Below, one piece after another: positions 1-14,809 of a stretch of 64,000 bases of DNA (position 1 is its first letter; each line of letters opens with the position of its first letter). The notes beneath the pieces were generated by a model that saw only the letters and a program-made list of their open reading frames with translations, did no database searches and was not told where the DNA came from. The stretch covers positions 37,202,001 to 37,266,000 of the forward strand of contig CM097885.1 of NCBI GenBank assembly GCA_044892525.1, given 5' to 3'. The DNA is from Schmidtea polychroa. Taxonomy: Eukaryota. The position numbers and the translations under genes are program-made.

Positions 1-463
1 GTATGCATGACTAACATATCGAATGTGATATAGAATGTGTGTAAAATTCTCCCTTAATTAATTACTCCTTATTGACAATTTTCTATACAGGCACACATCC
101 ACTTTCAACCCAAAAACATAGATTTTCATAAATTTTAAAGAAATTTACATGTATTTTGATAAAATTTCATATTTTTCTTTTAGCCCTAATATATTGCTCC
201 TTGAAAACACACAATAATTGTCTACCCCATAACTTAAAGTATGTGTGTAAATATAAATATTTTAGGTTTTTCACTAATATTTGCAATAATAATAATAATA
301 TCTTTAAAAATAATAATAAAAATAACATTGATAATAATAATAATATTTTGAACTTGTATTTGAAAATAATGATAATGTACATTTTGCAACATGTTGAGTG
401 TGAGTAGTACCCTTGTGAGCAGTACCCATAAAGGAAGAAAATATCTTGTCGGATAAACTCTGA

Positions 464-518
<55 letters not shown>

Positions 519-1743
519 GAGGTTTGAAAAAATCCAAAGGTTTTTAACCCTATGAAGGTTATTGCCCCACCATAGTAGATGGTCTCAACTACTCATCTCT
601 CAAATACCTTTCAAATGAGCTATCAAATAATAAAATGGGTTGGTCGGAACTCTGAATATTTTAAATTTCAAATATGACCTTGAAATATGGTCTTGGAAAA
701 TAGTTAATATCTTTAAAAATAATATTGATATTACTGATATCTATAGCTCATTAAAAAGGTCTTGCACTAGGGTTTAAAATGATCCATCGTCCAATATAAT
801 CGAATGATGAGCACGGAAGCGTTAGGGCATTCCACCCTTCACTTGCCATCGCCCACAGTGGGTTCAAAAAGTTACAGAGTTAACTGCGCCGATAAACTGC
901 CCCATTTCTTATAAGTCAGAATATATTAATGATTTTACTGCCTTGCAGGTTATGTTCTTGACTGTGAGCCGAATATTTAGTTTCTGCCAGATTCGGCACT
1001 ACTATGGATTCCGCTATTTTGTGAATTTATTTCGTTTATATTATAACTTCCATTCATAATTTTTCTTTCGGCTATTTTCTCATGAAATCTTTCTATTTCT
1101 AGTTTCTATTTTCCTTTATCGTCATAAATTCGAATTTGCCTACTTCTAGTTATTTACTTATGTTTTTTTCGTGCAATACTTTGTGCTTTTGTTATTAAAC
1201 ACTTTACTTTTGTATTTCCAAATTTTGATGTTGTGTAGTTTCTTTTAATGGGTTTATTTGTTTTTACTTGTTTTTTATTTTTATTTCACTTAGGCCTATA
1301 TCTGAGTGTTGTTTTTGCACATTCTGATCAAAAATCATGTTTATTTGGGAATAAAATCAAATTTTAGCCAATATATTATATACTAAAACTATATTAACGC
1401 TTTCAAATGTATTGGGATCTGGAATTTCAGTACTGCACGACCATAGGTCTTTAGACAAGTATATTCCTGTAATATTTTTTGTTATACTTAGTTGATGAAA
1501 ATCTTATCAAAAGAATTTCATGGATTATAGAAATTCGTATTGAAAGGGTTAACGCACCTTTTTACAAATTGATCAAAATTCTATATTTAATAACTGGCTT
1601 TCCCCTTCATTTTGATTTGAATCTTTTATGTGACAATTTTCCAATATCTTATTATTTTCTTATATTTTTCTTTTATTTTCAAGAAAGTTTTGTGTTCGTT
1701 TTAAATTTATGGAATTATTAAATTAATATATTTTAGTATTATA

Positions 1744-2465
1744 TTAGGTTGGTAAATAAGTATTGTCATTTTCTGCTTATTTAAACGTATAATATTTGTT
1801 TAAATGCTTCAATATTTAATACCATATTGTATATCAATTTAAATTCAGCTCAGTAATTTGATAACAATATTTCACGTTTATATTGGTAATATTTATATTA
1901 TTTAATGTAATTAATCAATGATGAAAAGTAACGAGATCCGAGCACTTTACCTATATGAATATAAACGAGGTTTGAAATCATCAGATAGAGCTTCCAATAA
2001 GAACGAGGCATTTGACCCGAATACAAATAATAAACGTCACACGGTTTTGAAATGGAAAGGAGAGCCTTGACGTTAAAGTGCATGATAACCAACCATCAGT
2101 CTTTGACAACGACAAATTAAAGACATTAGTTGAAGCCTACCCACGTATAACATACATAGATATTGCTAAAGAATTGGCTATAACACATTCAACAGTTCTT
2201 AAATTTTTCAAAGCAATGGGAAAAGCGAAAATATACTAGACAAATGGGTTCCGCACGAATTGCAAGAAAAACAAACAAATTACCGTTATGAAGTGTCGTT
2301 TGCGCTGCTTATTGGTAACAAAAGTGACCCGTTTCTCAATCGCATTATAACGTGATGCGAAATGGATATTGTACAATAAATCACGATGATCAGCTCAGTG
2401 GTTGGATCAAAATGAAGCACCAAACCTTTTTCAAAACAGAAATTGTATCAAAAAAAGTTATTGTT
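1744..2465 (+). mobile_element. Mariner transposon remnant (left TIR and degraded transposase)
   Basis: TA followed by ttaggttggtaaataag, resembling mariner TIRs. Broken frames give WVPHEL (2245-2262), FLNRIIT.., KWILYN and QWLDQNEAP. No right TIR found. Confidence 0.8.
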
Positions 2466-3540
2466 GATTTTATATTAAAATAATATTAACAAAGACAGAC
2501 TATTTATTATAGTAAATGTAAGTTTTTTATTAGTTAATCAAAAAGCTATTCAAATCTAAATAGAGGAACATTCCCACTTGCCTATAAAGATGTTTAAGAA
2601 GTTTTTTAAAATTTTTTAAAATTACGTTTTTTGAATTTATATTTTTGATATAAAATAATGATTATTATGAGTTTGCTTCATTGATATCCGGTATGTTTGA
2701 CTTTAAAAAAAACATATTATTAGTTAATAATTCAAAGTAAATAATATATTCACATTTGTCAGATGTATATCGCATGAAAGAAATTTATCCTTTTTTTTAT
2801 CCATTTCGCATCCATTATGCAAATCAATATATTTTTTATTATGAAAATATTATTTTTAAAATATAATTGAATTCTTAATTATTGTAATATTAATGAAAAA
2901 TTATCTTTTTTACATATATTAAATATTCAAATTACAAATTCAAATTAAGTTAAATAAATTTCAACCAATAAAATCGCTTTAAAATAAATAATTTATAAGT
3001 TTAGTTATTTTTTTTAAATAAATTTATAGACCGATTGAAATACACACATGATCGAGACTGTGCCAAATTTCGTGTAGCTAATATATTGTTTTGATCTGTA
3101 GTCTTACAAATAATAATACGAAAATTTTTATTAGTTTTTAAATAAATAAAAATTTGTTTTTATTAAAATACAATTAATTAAATTAATTATTATTAATTCA
3201 ATCAATTAAAATTATATTCAATTAAATATGAGTAAAAATGAATTTTAATTTTGAATATTTTCTCGAAATTTTTATGTTTGAAATTTCATTGACAATTATT
3301 GTCGAAATGTCAGTAAAAGTGTGAAAGTAAAATGCCAGATCGTTTATTCCAAATATTCTAATTGGATTAGCCAATTCACAGTTGCTATTTCTGCAAACAT
3401 AATTAGGGTATCAGCTATAGAATTCTCTGTTCAAAAGGTGTGAAAAATGATTTCAAATGGCCTGTTAAATCGAAATCGCTCTCTTTAATCATCAGCATCC
3501 CCAAATTATTTTATTTGATGACATCAGTCTATGGCGGTTC

Positions 3541-3578
3541 ATCTCGCTATATCTCGCTCTATCTCGCTCTATCTCTCT
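3541..3578. repeat. Tandem 10-mer (atctcgctct x~4) about 350 bp upstream of the netrin ATG
   Basis: Directly visible: atctcgctat atctcgctct atctcgctct atctctct. Confidence 0.8.
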
Positions 3579-3920
3579 CGATGCAGTTTTTTTCTATATT
3601 CACTTTTAGTGTGGTCTTCCAAACTGAGAAATTCACGTGGAATTGAATATAGTTTTTAAGCAATAAGAAAAAATCCGAAACGTAATTTGTCAACTTAAAC
3701 GCAGCAATTGCAACTGAAAGTGCCTGTTGTCATTTGGGGATATTTGGATACTGTCGGATGTAAGCACCAATTGTATTTGAGACAAATCGTTCGTAATTGG
3801 CACCATTTTGTCTCTGGTTTCTCGATTTTTTGGCACATTGAATTGTAATTATTTATCTCTGTAATATCGAGCAGTTATTCAACATATTTTATTATCAAAT
3901 TCATTCTGATTCGTATTTTG

Positions 3921-4995
3921 ATGAATTGTTTATTATTTAACTCAACTCTCTTACTGGGATTCTTTTTTTATTTCTCTCTGGCGATTTCTGTTTTGTATGA
4001 GAATAAACAGACGACTTGTGAGTTTTACGGAAAGGATTATTATTGCACTCCACCGTTTATTAATATTGCTCAAAGAGCCAAGATCACAGTCACGAGTAGT
4101 TGTGGAGAGATTCTACCTGACGATATATGTCCCCATTGGAAATACTATTCTTCAAACCATTTTAGAGATTGTTCCATTTGTGATAATGATAGAAAGAATT
4201 CTATTTATTCAATTAAATCATTGACGGATCCATTGGATCAGTTTAATCACACTTGTTGGTTTTCGGGACCTGTTTATAACCAACATGGCTTAAATCATGT
4301 CAACATTTCGATTGCCTTTAAAAAGAACTTCGAAGTCTTCTATGTCGCACTCCAGTTTTGCAGTGAGCTGCCGGACTCCATAACTATATATAAAAGTCAT
4401 GACAATGGTAAAAAGTGGATACCTTGGCAATATTATTCAAAGAATTGCCAAAAAGCATTTAATTTACCTCCGACTCAAGAATTCCCTATTCAAGAAGGTC
4501 AAGAATATTCACTATCTCCGACATGTTTCGATTTGAATCAAAAACAAAAAGATGGCAATCTCGGTCAGACAGAATCTATTCTTCCTTTTAGTTCAACAAT
4601 CGGAAGAAAAATGAATGATACTTTAATTAAATGGATTACTATTACTGACTTACGGATTACTCTATCGCGATTTGATGACCAAATGTCTTCATATTTTGAT
4701 TATGGTAAATTCTTTTTACTAAAGCATAGAAGAGGTAGAGATATTCTCAACATGTCAACATTTTCTGTAAATGACAAATCAATGTCAAAGGTTTATTATG
4801 GAGTGTCTGACCTATCTGTTGGAGGCCGTTGTCAGTGCTATGGACACTCAAATAAATGTATTATTAACAATGACGGTGATATTGTATGCGATTGTAAGCA
4901 TAACACAGAGGGACCTGATTGTGATAAATGCAAAGAAGGATTTCATGATTTGCAATGGGAAAGAGCTGCTAAACTCAATCCATTTAGTTGCAAAA
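3921..4995 (+). CDS. netrin: Netrin coding exon 1: signal peptide, laminin N-terminal (VI) domain, EGF V-1
   Basis: ATG at 3921 with a hydrophobic signal. Motifs CTPPFINIA, TCWFS, FEVFYVALQFC, PDSITIYKS..GKKWIPWQYYS, VGGRCQCYGH, CKHNTEGPDCDKC. Phase-1 donor a|gtaag at 4996. Confidence 0.95.
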
Positions 4996-5172
4996 GTAAG
5001 TAAAGGTTTTTACATTATGTTTTCTATTTATTTTGAAAAGTAAATTTCCAAATAATATTATAATTTTGTATTAATTGCATTTTTAAGTTCTGAATTTTTA
5101 TTAAAATTAACTATATCTGTAAATGTTAAGATATGTATTGCCGACTTTTGATTCAATAAAAAACCATTTAAT

Positions 5173-5253
<81 letters not shown>

Positions 5254-5398
5254 CAAATTCACTTGAAAAAGGTAGTGCCGAAAATTCGTGAATATCAAAA
5301 CCTCGATATATTTACTAATTCATAGTCAAGCTTTTTAATAAATAAGTGTCAAGGGAAAAGAAATTAGTGGTGAAATTTGAAAAAAAAAGTTCTTATAA

Positions 5399-5458
<60 letters not shown>

Positions 5459-6274
5459 AAATTATTAATTTAATAATTGGCATTACAGTATTTTCTAAAA
5501 TCAAAAACAAATGCCCTTGAGAAAATATTTGGCAGAAATTTCATCAGAATATATATTTTTCAAATTAAAAAGAATTAAAATACAAAATGTTGGCATGGAT
5601 TTTGGAAAGAAATCTTTGATTAGTTAATAATAAATAATTTTTCATTTTGTGATCATTTAGGGATTTTCATATCAAACAAAATTAATTGTGTTAAATCTTA
5701 TGATGAATACGATTAATAGTAAAAATATTTAGCTAAATAAGAATAATATTTTAAAAAAATGATAAAAAATAACACAATATTTTCAAAATTAGCAATATTA
5801 TTTGATATTTTTGAAATTTATTTATAAAAATCGCCCCAAATTCTGCTCTGATGCCAACTATATAAGAATTGAAAAATATTATAATAATATATTATACATT
5901 ATATTCATCTAAACAAATTTATACAAATAATAATTTTTACGAAATCCGAGGCCTACATTTAAAATGAATTTAATATATAAATCTTTGGTAACTATTTCTG
6001 ATGATTTGTATTTTATGTCATCTCTAATAACTTATTCAACCACCGATGGTTTCTTTAGGGACTTCAAGAGTTGTTAATATTTGCCGCCTTTAAATGTCAA
6101 CAAAAATATCGAAATATAAAACATAGGTTTTTTTCGAACTTTGAAATGAAATATTTCATATATTGCGAGATCTTTTAATATTTATAATTGAAAAAAATTT
6201 TTCGAAGACTAAAAAATATCCCATTGTAATCCATAATAATATAACGCCATATGACCCAAATCTCAATCTGTATA

Positions 6275-6931
6275 CAGGCCCCGGAAGAGGGGGGGGATTC
6301 AGGAGGGTCTTTTGACATGGGCCTCTTAATTTAGCGGGCCCCAAAATATCACTATTTTGATACTACACCAAACGATCAACGAGTTTATTTTGCATTTTTA
6401 CGTATGGCAAAAAATGTTTTCTTAAGATAAAATCTAATTTAACTATAGAGGGCCTTATTTTTGGTGTAATTTTCACTTTTCCTCAGATTTTCATTTTTTA
6501 CTGCACGTGCACAAATAACTGCCGATATGATTTCAAAATCTTAGAGAAAAAATTATTACAGAATATTAGGCTTTGAGCTATTACATGAGTTCAAATTATT
6601 AATTAAATTCAAATAATTAAATTATTATTATATAATTAAATTATAATGTTAAAAAAAAGTTTAAAGTTAAAAGTGTTGTTAGTGTTTTAATATTTTTAAT
6701 AATTGAACTTTATAATTGGATTTTTTTAAACTATATACATAAAATTGGGAAAACGGGTAATTTTTTTGTTTAGCTTTGATTATTGATAATAAATAAAAAT
6801 AAATAAACTAGGGCGGTAATTAAAACATGAAAAGGACCTATGGAAGTAGTGCTAGCAAAAGACAAAACAAACAATTTAGGGGCCACATACGATGTCAGAC
6901 CTGGGCCTCCAAGTGTCTCTAACAGGCTCTG
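6275..6931. mobile_element. Non-autonomous hAT element
   Basis: CAG...CTG termini with imperfect TIRs and a perfect 8-bp TSD tctgtata (6267-6274 and 6932-6939). Confidence 0.85.
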
Positions 6932-7559
6932 TCTGTATATGTATTCCATATTTAAATAACCGTAACCTGTTCAAAAACACTTATTTATCAATTTCAGTAA
7001 AACACCGAATTTACAAAGTGACTGGCAGTAAAAAAGTAAATGAAACAATAATACACAAAAGCGCATAAGTTACGATATTTTTAACTATAAATAAATTAAT
7101 TGAGAAAAAATTAATTTTTTTATAATAGAAAAAACATAAACGCTTGAAAAAAGGATAAATATTGAGGTCTCTGGAATAAATTAAAGGTATTTACTATAAG
7201 GAAATAATTTACACCCGTTTGCAATGAACAGATACAAATATAATGTTTAAAGAAATCAATATTTATATAGACTTAACTTACTTATATTGAGATATTATGA
7301 GCGATACCTTGATAACAATTCAATACAGGTAAATTTTCGCGGTTGTTAATAAAATTCATTTAAAAATAATTTTCGCCCGGATATTGACAGCCACCCATAC
7401 TGTAGTAACGAAACCAAAATAATAAGAATTATTACGATTTCACTGGTTCGATAGACGCTTATTAAGGATAAATCGGCGTCCATGAATTGTTACACATGAT
7501 TTCAAAGACATATAACAATTTACAAGCCAATCCATCAATTAGCTGGTAATCCAGAAAAT

Positions 7560-7900
7560 AGCTGAATATTAAAATACAATGGGCCAAAATTTATACAATG
7601 TGACAGGGAAGAGTCATTAAAAGAGAAGGCGATGGAAGACTTGCTGAAAGTTCATAACATCAAAATAATGTACTCGAGCCCGTGTCATCACTTAGCAAAT
7701 GGACTGAATGAAAGGCAATTCTAAACAATTAAAGATGCTATTCACAATAATCTTTAAGACAAGGTTCACATAAATTAGGTTGATTTATTACCAGAAGTTG
7801 AATTTATGTTGAACTCAACATTTCAAAAAAGGATGGGACGAACTCTGCGTGAAAAAGTATTGGGAAAACGAGTTTGTATAGAATGACTTATAAACATGCC
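7560..7900 (+). mobile_element. Degraded Ty3/Gypsy integrase core fragment
   Basis: GPKFIQCDRE...IKIMYSSPCHHLANGLNERQF*TIKD...LPEVEFMLNSTFQKRMG resembles the rve core (D..G, S.PYH...NG..ER). Confidence 0.7.
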
Positions 7901-8615
7901 AGAAGAAAGAGAAATTCCAGATAAAAAGACGAAAGGAGAGTAAAAGTAAGTAGTGTAAATAACAACGAGGATGACCGATATTTTGGGCATGTGGAAGTCA
8001 TCAAACAAGTGCAAAAAAAATTCTAAAGTAAAATTTAATAACACATTCCATATTATAAAAGAAAAATTAGAACCTGAAAACTTTGTAACTAAATATTTTA
8101 TAACAAAAAAGAATGTCTTATAAGACTTATTACTCCGATATTCCATATTTAATTTATAGTACATTCGCACTTTTTTCGCTTAAATTGCAGTCTCAGTCAT
8201 AAATTAGAACCTTTCTTCGTACCATTTCCTTATCAGTTCTCATCAGTCAATATTTCATCACACTTGCACTTCTTATAACGACTTGATAAAGTCTCTGCTA
8301 AAAATTTGAATTTTTCCTAATATCAAGTTTTATTACATATTTTCTTTTGTATTTTCATCGGTTTTAACATGCATTTGATTTAACTATGTTTTAAATATAT
8401 TTTACACATAAAACATTTCAAATATAGACCCCAGCCTACCAAAAGTCTCCAGCCAAGCAGTTATTTACATATCGTAGTCTATAATGAATAGTTTATAATG
8501 AATTGTTTATAATGAACAGTTTATAATGAAAAGCAATCGGAACAAATGTCACAAACACACACAAATACTGAATGTCTGTAGCGCTGAGAGAGTTAGTACT
8601 TTGTTACATTACCTT

Positions 8616-8927
8616 TCATCTGGATAAGAAGTCGCACTCGTTTATGCATTGTATCGACCACTTTTGCCAGGAAATCAGGACAGATGTGTGACGATTCCTC
8701 ATGCAGGTGCGTCTCCAGTTCGGAGGCGTTATGAGCAATGGGAATCCTTTTGCGAACTCGTCTATCAAGAACGTCGACAGGAACTCAATAAGATTCAGAT
8801 CAGAATTTTGTGGAACCCAATCCAAAACGTTGATGCTGTGCTGCAGAAAGAATTCCTTCATAATGTGTGAAGTGTGGATTGGTTGGGAACGCAAACCAAA
8901 TTGTGTACAAAATCTATTATTAAACAA
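8616..8927 (-). mobile_element. Tc1-like transposase C-terminal remnant
   Basis: PIHTS...INVLDWVPQNSDLNLIE is a degenerate WP.QSPDLNPIE motif. Confidence 0.75.
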
Positions 8928-9400
8928 ACTATATTGTTTTGACTTGGTTATGCCGCCCCCAAATTTTATTATTATTGTTATTATTATCTTAAGTTATTTC
9001 TCTATGGTAAGTACCCTGCCAAATTACTATAGAAAATACAAAAAATAATTAAATTTAAATACGTATGAACCTTGTTAGAAATTTTCCATTTCGTATCAAG
9101 AATGTCTGGACAAGAATGATTGGAATCAAGATAAATATCTAGATGATATTGAAAAATTTAGAATAAATTAATTTAAAGAAGAATACGAAGAATTCTATGA
9201 AATATATATGAGAATCTTATTATAAATTATTTCATTGTTATCAGGTGAATAAAATTTAATATTATTATTACTAATATTATTTTACTTTACTTTAATATGT
9301 CACTAACATAACATACACTCACCTGTCGTCACATTAGTTATTGAGTGACTCTTTTGGGCTCTACAGTTTCTTCCACAACACATCATACATAGCTATTATT

Positions 9401-10469
9401 GATCGAGAGACATAAGAACGGTGGAAAAGAACTGTGACTCTACAACTGTTTACTTATGAACGGGGTTCCGTAGAACAGCCCGACATTAGAACGGGTAAGA
9501 TATGAACATTCACCATGACGTCACTAGCCGTGCCGTGCATTTGAATTGTTTGTACATTTGATATCGCCAAGATATCGTTCCATTTACGTATTTAATTTCA
9601 TTTAAATATTCAAATTTAATATTTATAAGCGTTGGTTACTGGTTGGTTACTAGTTGTTACTAGTTATTACTGGTTCTGTACACTAATGCCATGGTCTAAA
9701 GTAGTGTTGTCCAAACTGTGTGCCGTGGCGGGTGCCCAGGTGTGCGTGAAAGTTTTTTAAAAAAAGTCAGAAAAACCTTGTATTTCCAAACAACTTAATA
9801 AAAGGCAATTGAATTGTGGATATTTTAACAGTTAATTCAATTTTAAATGTTAATCAGTCAATTAAGTACGAAATTTATTTGTTTACAATCATATTTATAT
9901 TTCTTACTAGAAATATTGACTATCTAAAATACATCAAGCACATAAACCTCATTAACTATGTTTTATGAATTTTCATTCACTAATTTTTCTAAATTTAAAA
10001 TTTTTTACATTAAATTTATTTCAAGTAAATAAGTTTTTCATTTCTTATTAAAAGATTAGTAAAAGTGCAATAAAAAATTGCAAATAAAGCAAAAAAAAAT
10101 TTAGGTGTGCCGAGAAAATTTTTAAATCAGCCAAGTGTGCCGTGGCTCAAAAAAGTTTGAACAACACTGGTCTAAAGCACAATATGTACTAACATTATAA
10201 GTTTTACAATAAATCAAAGTCACGTTCTACACACAGCAATAAATTTCTGAAATATTATAAATATTATAAACTATTAAAATAGTTTAAAAAGGATATCGAT
10301 CAAATCGATAGTCTAATATACAATGAGTATACATGAAAAACTGTTAATTAATGGCGACTGTTAATATGACGCACCGTTCTAATGTCTGCCCGTTCTTTTC
10401 ATTTCCGATAAAGTGTCGCCGTTCTAGTGTGACCCGTTTATTTGACTTCCGTTCAAATGTCCGAACACC
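9401..10469. mobile_element. Non-autonomous DNA transposon with repetitive subterminal arrays (MULE/Merlin-like), hosting a nested hAT MITE
   Basis: gaacgg units at the left and ccgttc units at the right. Flanks ctattatt/ttattatt form a 7/8 TSD. Confidence 0.55.
9702..10169. mobile_element. hAT (Charlie-type) MITE
   Basis: TIRs tagtgttgtccaaac / gtttgaacaacactg, gtgtgccg subterminal motifs, and a perfect 8-bp TSD gtctaaag. Confidence 0.9.
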
Positions 10470-11833
10470 TTATTATTATACATAGCAATTACGCAACATC
10501 CTGTAAACATAAATGTTAAATGAATTAGAAACAAACTTAAGATTTGCATTATATGTTCGATATTATTATACTTCCGAGTTTTAGAAACCTTAGTATTAGA
10601 CCGTACTAAGACTTATTTATAGTATGTATTATCTTTATATTCATATTCATGATCTTTGTGTTTGATATTTATATGTGATTCATGAATATACTTGTCAACT
10701 ATCTCTCTTATCATCCTATAAAGAAGAATCAATTTCTTAATGTAGATCTAAGTGAGTTTGCTAAGGAAATATTACCTACCTTACACGAGAAATTATCTTT
10801 CACTATATATTTACAAGAGAAGTATATAGAGCCGTACCGACATTTTACAAATTACTGTTTTTAAGACCTATTTGTTCGTCAAAAAACAGGGATTTTATCT
10901 TCTCCACGTCTACATTTAATTTTTTTATCAAGTTTCTTCATATTATTTCAAATATCTGATATCCCATTCCTGACACTGAAATAAAAGGGGAAATAGATAA
11001 ATTTATTGTTTAAAAGAGAGTGAGTTTTCATATAGAAAAATACACTTAAAATATTATATCATTCAATTACGAGAGGTTTAGGCAATGAAAAATAAAATAA
11101 TATTGAAAAAGATATAAATAAAACAATCACTATTTCCTATTTTGTTTTAATCATATAAATTATTTAACTTTATAGATAACAGGCAAAATATTTTTGTTGT
11201 AAAATTTACATATTACAATGTTGTTAAACAACTGTCAAATAAGAATTTTCGGTAAAAATATATCCTATTAATTAAATATTTTCCACAGATTCTAATTCAT
11301 TCATGACAGAATTTCTGGTTTATCAATTAACAAAAGTGAAAAATTATGTAGGCAATTGTGAATTTTTAAGATCATTATTGAGGTGGGGAATATTTATAAC
11401 TTATTCTTTTTAACAATTTTAACATGACATGACACTAACAAATTATTTATGTGTTCAATTGACATAATCATATGTTCTTGAGGTGGTCAGAGGATACATT
11501 TTGAGAGACAAATGAAGGTTTTAGAAAATCATCTGTGAAACGTAACGGGTCATTTATTGGGTCGTATATAATTAAATAAGTAAATATTGGATGCAGCGCG
11601 TTAGGATTCGGCGTTACGTTACAACTTCGAAAATATGCGCACTTGTTAACGAAAATATTTAATAATATTCTATAATCCTATATATTTGTAATAATGTATT
11701 TTTTAGTATCTTTTACCCTACGCAATTTTTAAAACTGACCCGCAATAGGTTACGCAATTCCTGAGAAATTGGCTTAACCCAATGAAGCCTTCAAAAAAAG
11801 CTCTTCGGGGGCAATTGAAGTGGTTGTGTGTGT

Positions 11834-11875
<42 letters not shown>

Positions 11876-13406
11876 AATAATTTACAAACCAAAAAATATT
11901 ATAATACAGTTTTTATTATTCAAAGTAACATTTTTTATAACCGCACAACTTTATTTATAATACAAAAAATTATTAATTGGTTTCAGAAAAAAACAGGATC
12001 GATTGAAATATCAAAATATCTTTTAAACAATATTTTATTTATTTTTATTTTGACATACAATCAAAATTTTTTGTTGCGTTACAAATAAAATTTGTCCTCT
12101 TTTGTCAGAATGAAAATAAATGAAATATCATTAAAAAAGTAAACTGACCAAAAGTGAACAAAACATTAAAGAATTCTTGACAATACATTAGTTCCGTTTT
12201 TTACCTCTGTTTGTTGTTTTAATTGGCCATTATTTTATTAATTTAAATTTTGTTTTCAAACAGTTAAAATATTTCATCTTTCCATTGGAAATCGGATATT
12301 TTTTGACAAAATCTACAATTGAATTCAATGATGTTAAAAAATTAACATTTTTCATTAATATAGACATATTTGCAAATTTGTCTCTTCAAAATTGCTAGTC
12401 AGATATTGAAAATTTATAATCATAATCATAATGGAAATAAATGAAATATTAAAGAAAATGATATCAAAGTTTAACAAAAGTTGAAGGATTTAATGAAGGA
12501 ATTTACAGAAAATGTCTCTTTTTAATGTTTTTATAAATTTTGCAATCAAAAAAATATTCGATATTCATAAGATTTCAAATAGAATACTATAATTCACTAG
12601 GAGATTTTAATTTGGAATTTATTTCACATTTATTTAAGAGAGTATTAATAATAAAAACATAAAATAATACAAATTTTAATAAAAAAAATGCATAACATTA
12701 AAATAGATAAAATATTAAATGCAAATAGATCAAAGGTGAACAAAAAAATGAAGGATTGTACTGAAAATAGTGATAGCATAATTTTGCACTTGCAATTAAG
12801 AAATGAATATAAATCCCATTGGAGATTTAAAATATTATAATTTTGATAATAAAACTATGAAGAGGTAAACCAAATATTATTGTAACGAAAACCAGGTAAA
12901 TATTCTTAAAAATTCTCACAAATTAAGTATTTAGATTTTGAAGTAAAAAAATAAATATACATAAAATGTAAACAAGAGAAAACCAGTTACATTTTATACA
13001 CAAAATTCAAATATTAATTTTACAAAATTGTTCTCTACTATGTTATTTATGTCTATTCAATTACTCATATGGAATAATTTCAACTAGTTTATTTCAAATG
13101 AATTCAATTTACAATATGCAGTTAAAAAGTAGTTGTTATAGTGAAATCGTAAAAATAATACAAGGCTAATAACTAAACACGACTGAATGGATTTTCGAGC
13201 AAAGAGGGGGTAAATTTTTCCACTCATATCAATTAGTTTCTTCCTCGTTTGAATAAAGAAATTTTTTTTTTGCTCAAAAAAATATTAAAAATTTTTAATT
13301 ATAGGAAACATTTATTTTAAATTTTTATTTATAAATAAACAGTTAAATATTTATTTTGCATCATTTATGTCGAAAGTAATATTATTTTACTCCACTAAGT
13401 TTATTA

Positions 13407-13451
<45 letters not shown>

Positions 13452-13719
13452 ATAATAAAATCCTTGAATATTGTAATTACTCACTAGCTAAGTTGCGCAA
13501 AAGCAATAAAAATTTGTTTATTAAAACATCATTATATGAACTAATTTATTATACAACAATTGTCAATGTCCTATTAAAATGCCGAAAAAGAAGACATCTT
13601 GTATCATGTTTTTATCGAGAATGTTGATGAATTCCGGAGCTAAATTGTCCGCACGAAATTTACATGTGTTTTATGATTTTCAATGATTCTGTGTTTTAAC
13701 GGCTTTGATTTTATTTCAG

Positions 13720-13908
13720 GATGTCAATGTAATTTGCATTCGCAGCACTGCAAATTTGACAAGAATGTCTACATGAAGACTGGACAGAAAAGTGGAGGGG
13801 TTTGTCGGAAATGTCAACATAACACAGCAGGTAATCAGTGTCATTATTGTGACAATGGATACTACAGAGATTGGACTAAGCCCTTAAGCCATGATTTTGC
13901 TTGTTTAA
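13720..13908 (+). CDS. netrin: Netrin exon 2: laminin EGF V-2
   Basis: Acceptor tttcag and donor a|gtgag; 189 bp, phase 1/1. Encodes CQCNLHSQHCKFD...SGGVC..CQHNTAG.QCHYC..GYYRD, typical of netrin V-2. Confidence 0.95.
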
Positions 13909-14157
13909 GTGAGTTTAAAAAATATAAATTATTATTGCACACTTTTATTAGACATAAATTGTAAAACTTTGAAAATAAAATCAGCCAGATTTTTTAATTT
14001 CCAAATAAACTGCCTTGCGAATTCGTAATTAGTAAATAATTTGATGGAACCTATAATCAAAATTTATTCGACAATTTTCTAAAATATAATTTCTGATTTT
14101 TTATTTTTCAAATAAAATGTGATTCAATTATAGATGTAATATAAACGAAATAATATA

Positions 14158-14386
14158 CACTCATACCTCGCTATACGGCTGCTCTTTATACGGCTTTTCG
14201 CTAAAACGGCCTACTTTAATTACGGCACTTTTTCGATTTACGGCCTAAAATGTTTCCTTATACGGCCAAAAATCCTATTGAATTTATATGGAATTGTATC
14301 AAAATGTATTTGATTCGTTATGCGGCGTTTCGCTTTGCGGCCAACTTTCCTGGAACGTATCTAGGCCGTAAAGCGAGGTATGAGTG
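14158..14386. mobile_element. Tigger/pogo-like MITE
   Basis: ~22-bp TIR cactcatacctcgct(a/t)tacggc, TA TSD, internal tacggc repeats. Confidence 0.9.
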
Positions 14387-14616
14387 TATAGCATATTATG
14401 TAGAAATAGGAAACAGTCGATTTTTTTTTCTAAAAAATCTACTGTCAGAAAGTCAAAACGTAAGACAGTTAAATAATATATTTATTACAGTTTCAAATAG
14501 TTTTTATGGTATCAAACCAATGATGACATCATCATTATTATAATTCTTAACCAACTTTTTCCAAAAATAAAAATTTTCATTTAAAGTTTCCTTATTTTTT
14601 AAATTATAATAAATTA

Positions 14617-14809
14617 CCGTATTAGCCCGAATATAACGCGACCCCGAATTAGAAAAAAATAAAGGGAAATTCAATCAGATAAGCGTTTGGTTAGGTAATT
14701 AAAAGTAATACATAGGTTATATTCATGACAATAAATTTAATTAATTTAAACCAAAATTTAATAAAAATAAAATGTTAAAAATTGTCGCGTTATATTCGGG
14801 CTAATACGG
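14617..14809. mobile_element. Tc1/mariner-superfamily MITE
   Basis: Perfect 26-bp TIR ccgtattagcccgaatataacgcgac with TA flanks. Confidence 0.9.

Noticed and set aside
10682..10864. Possible Penelope RT thumb remnant (YLSYHP)
   Set aside because: A single short motif with no supporting RT or GIY-YIG sequence nearby.
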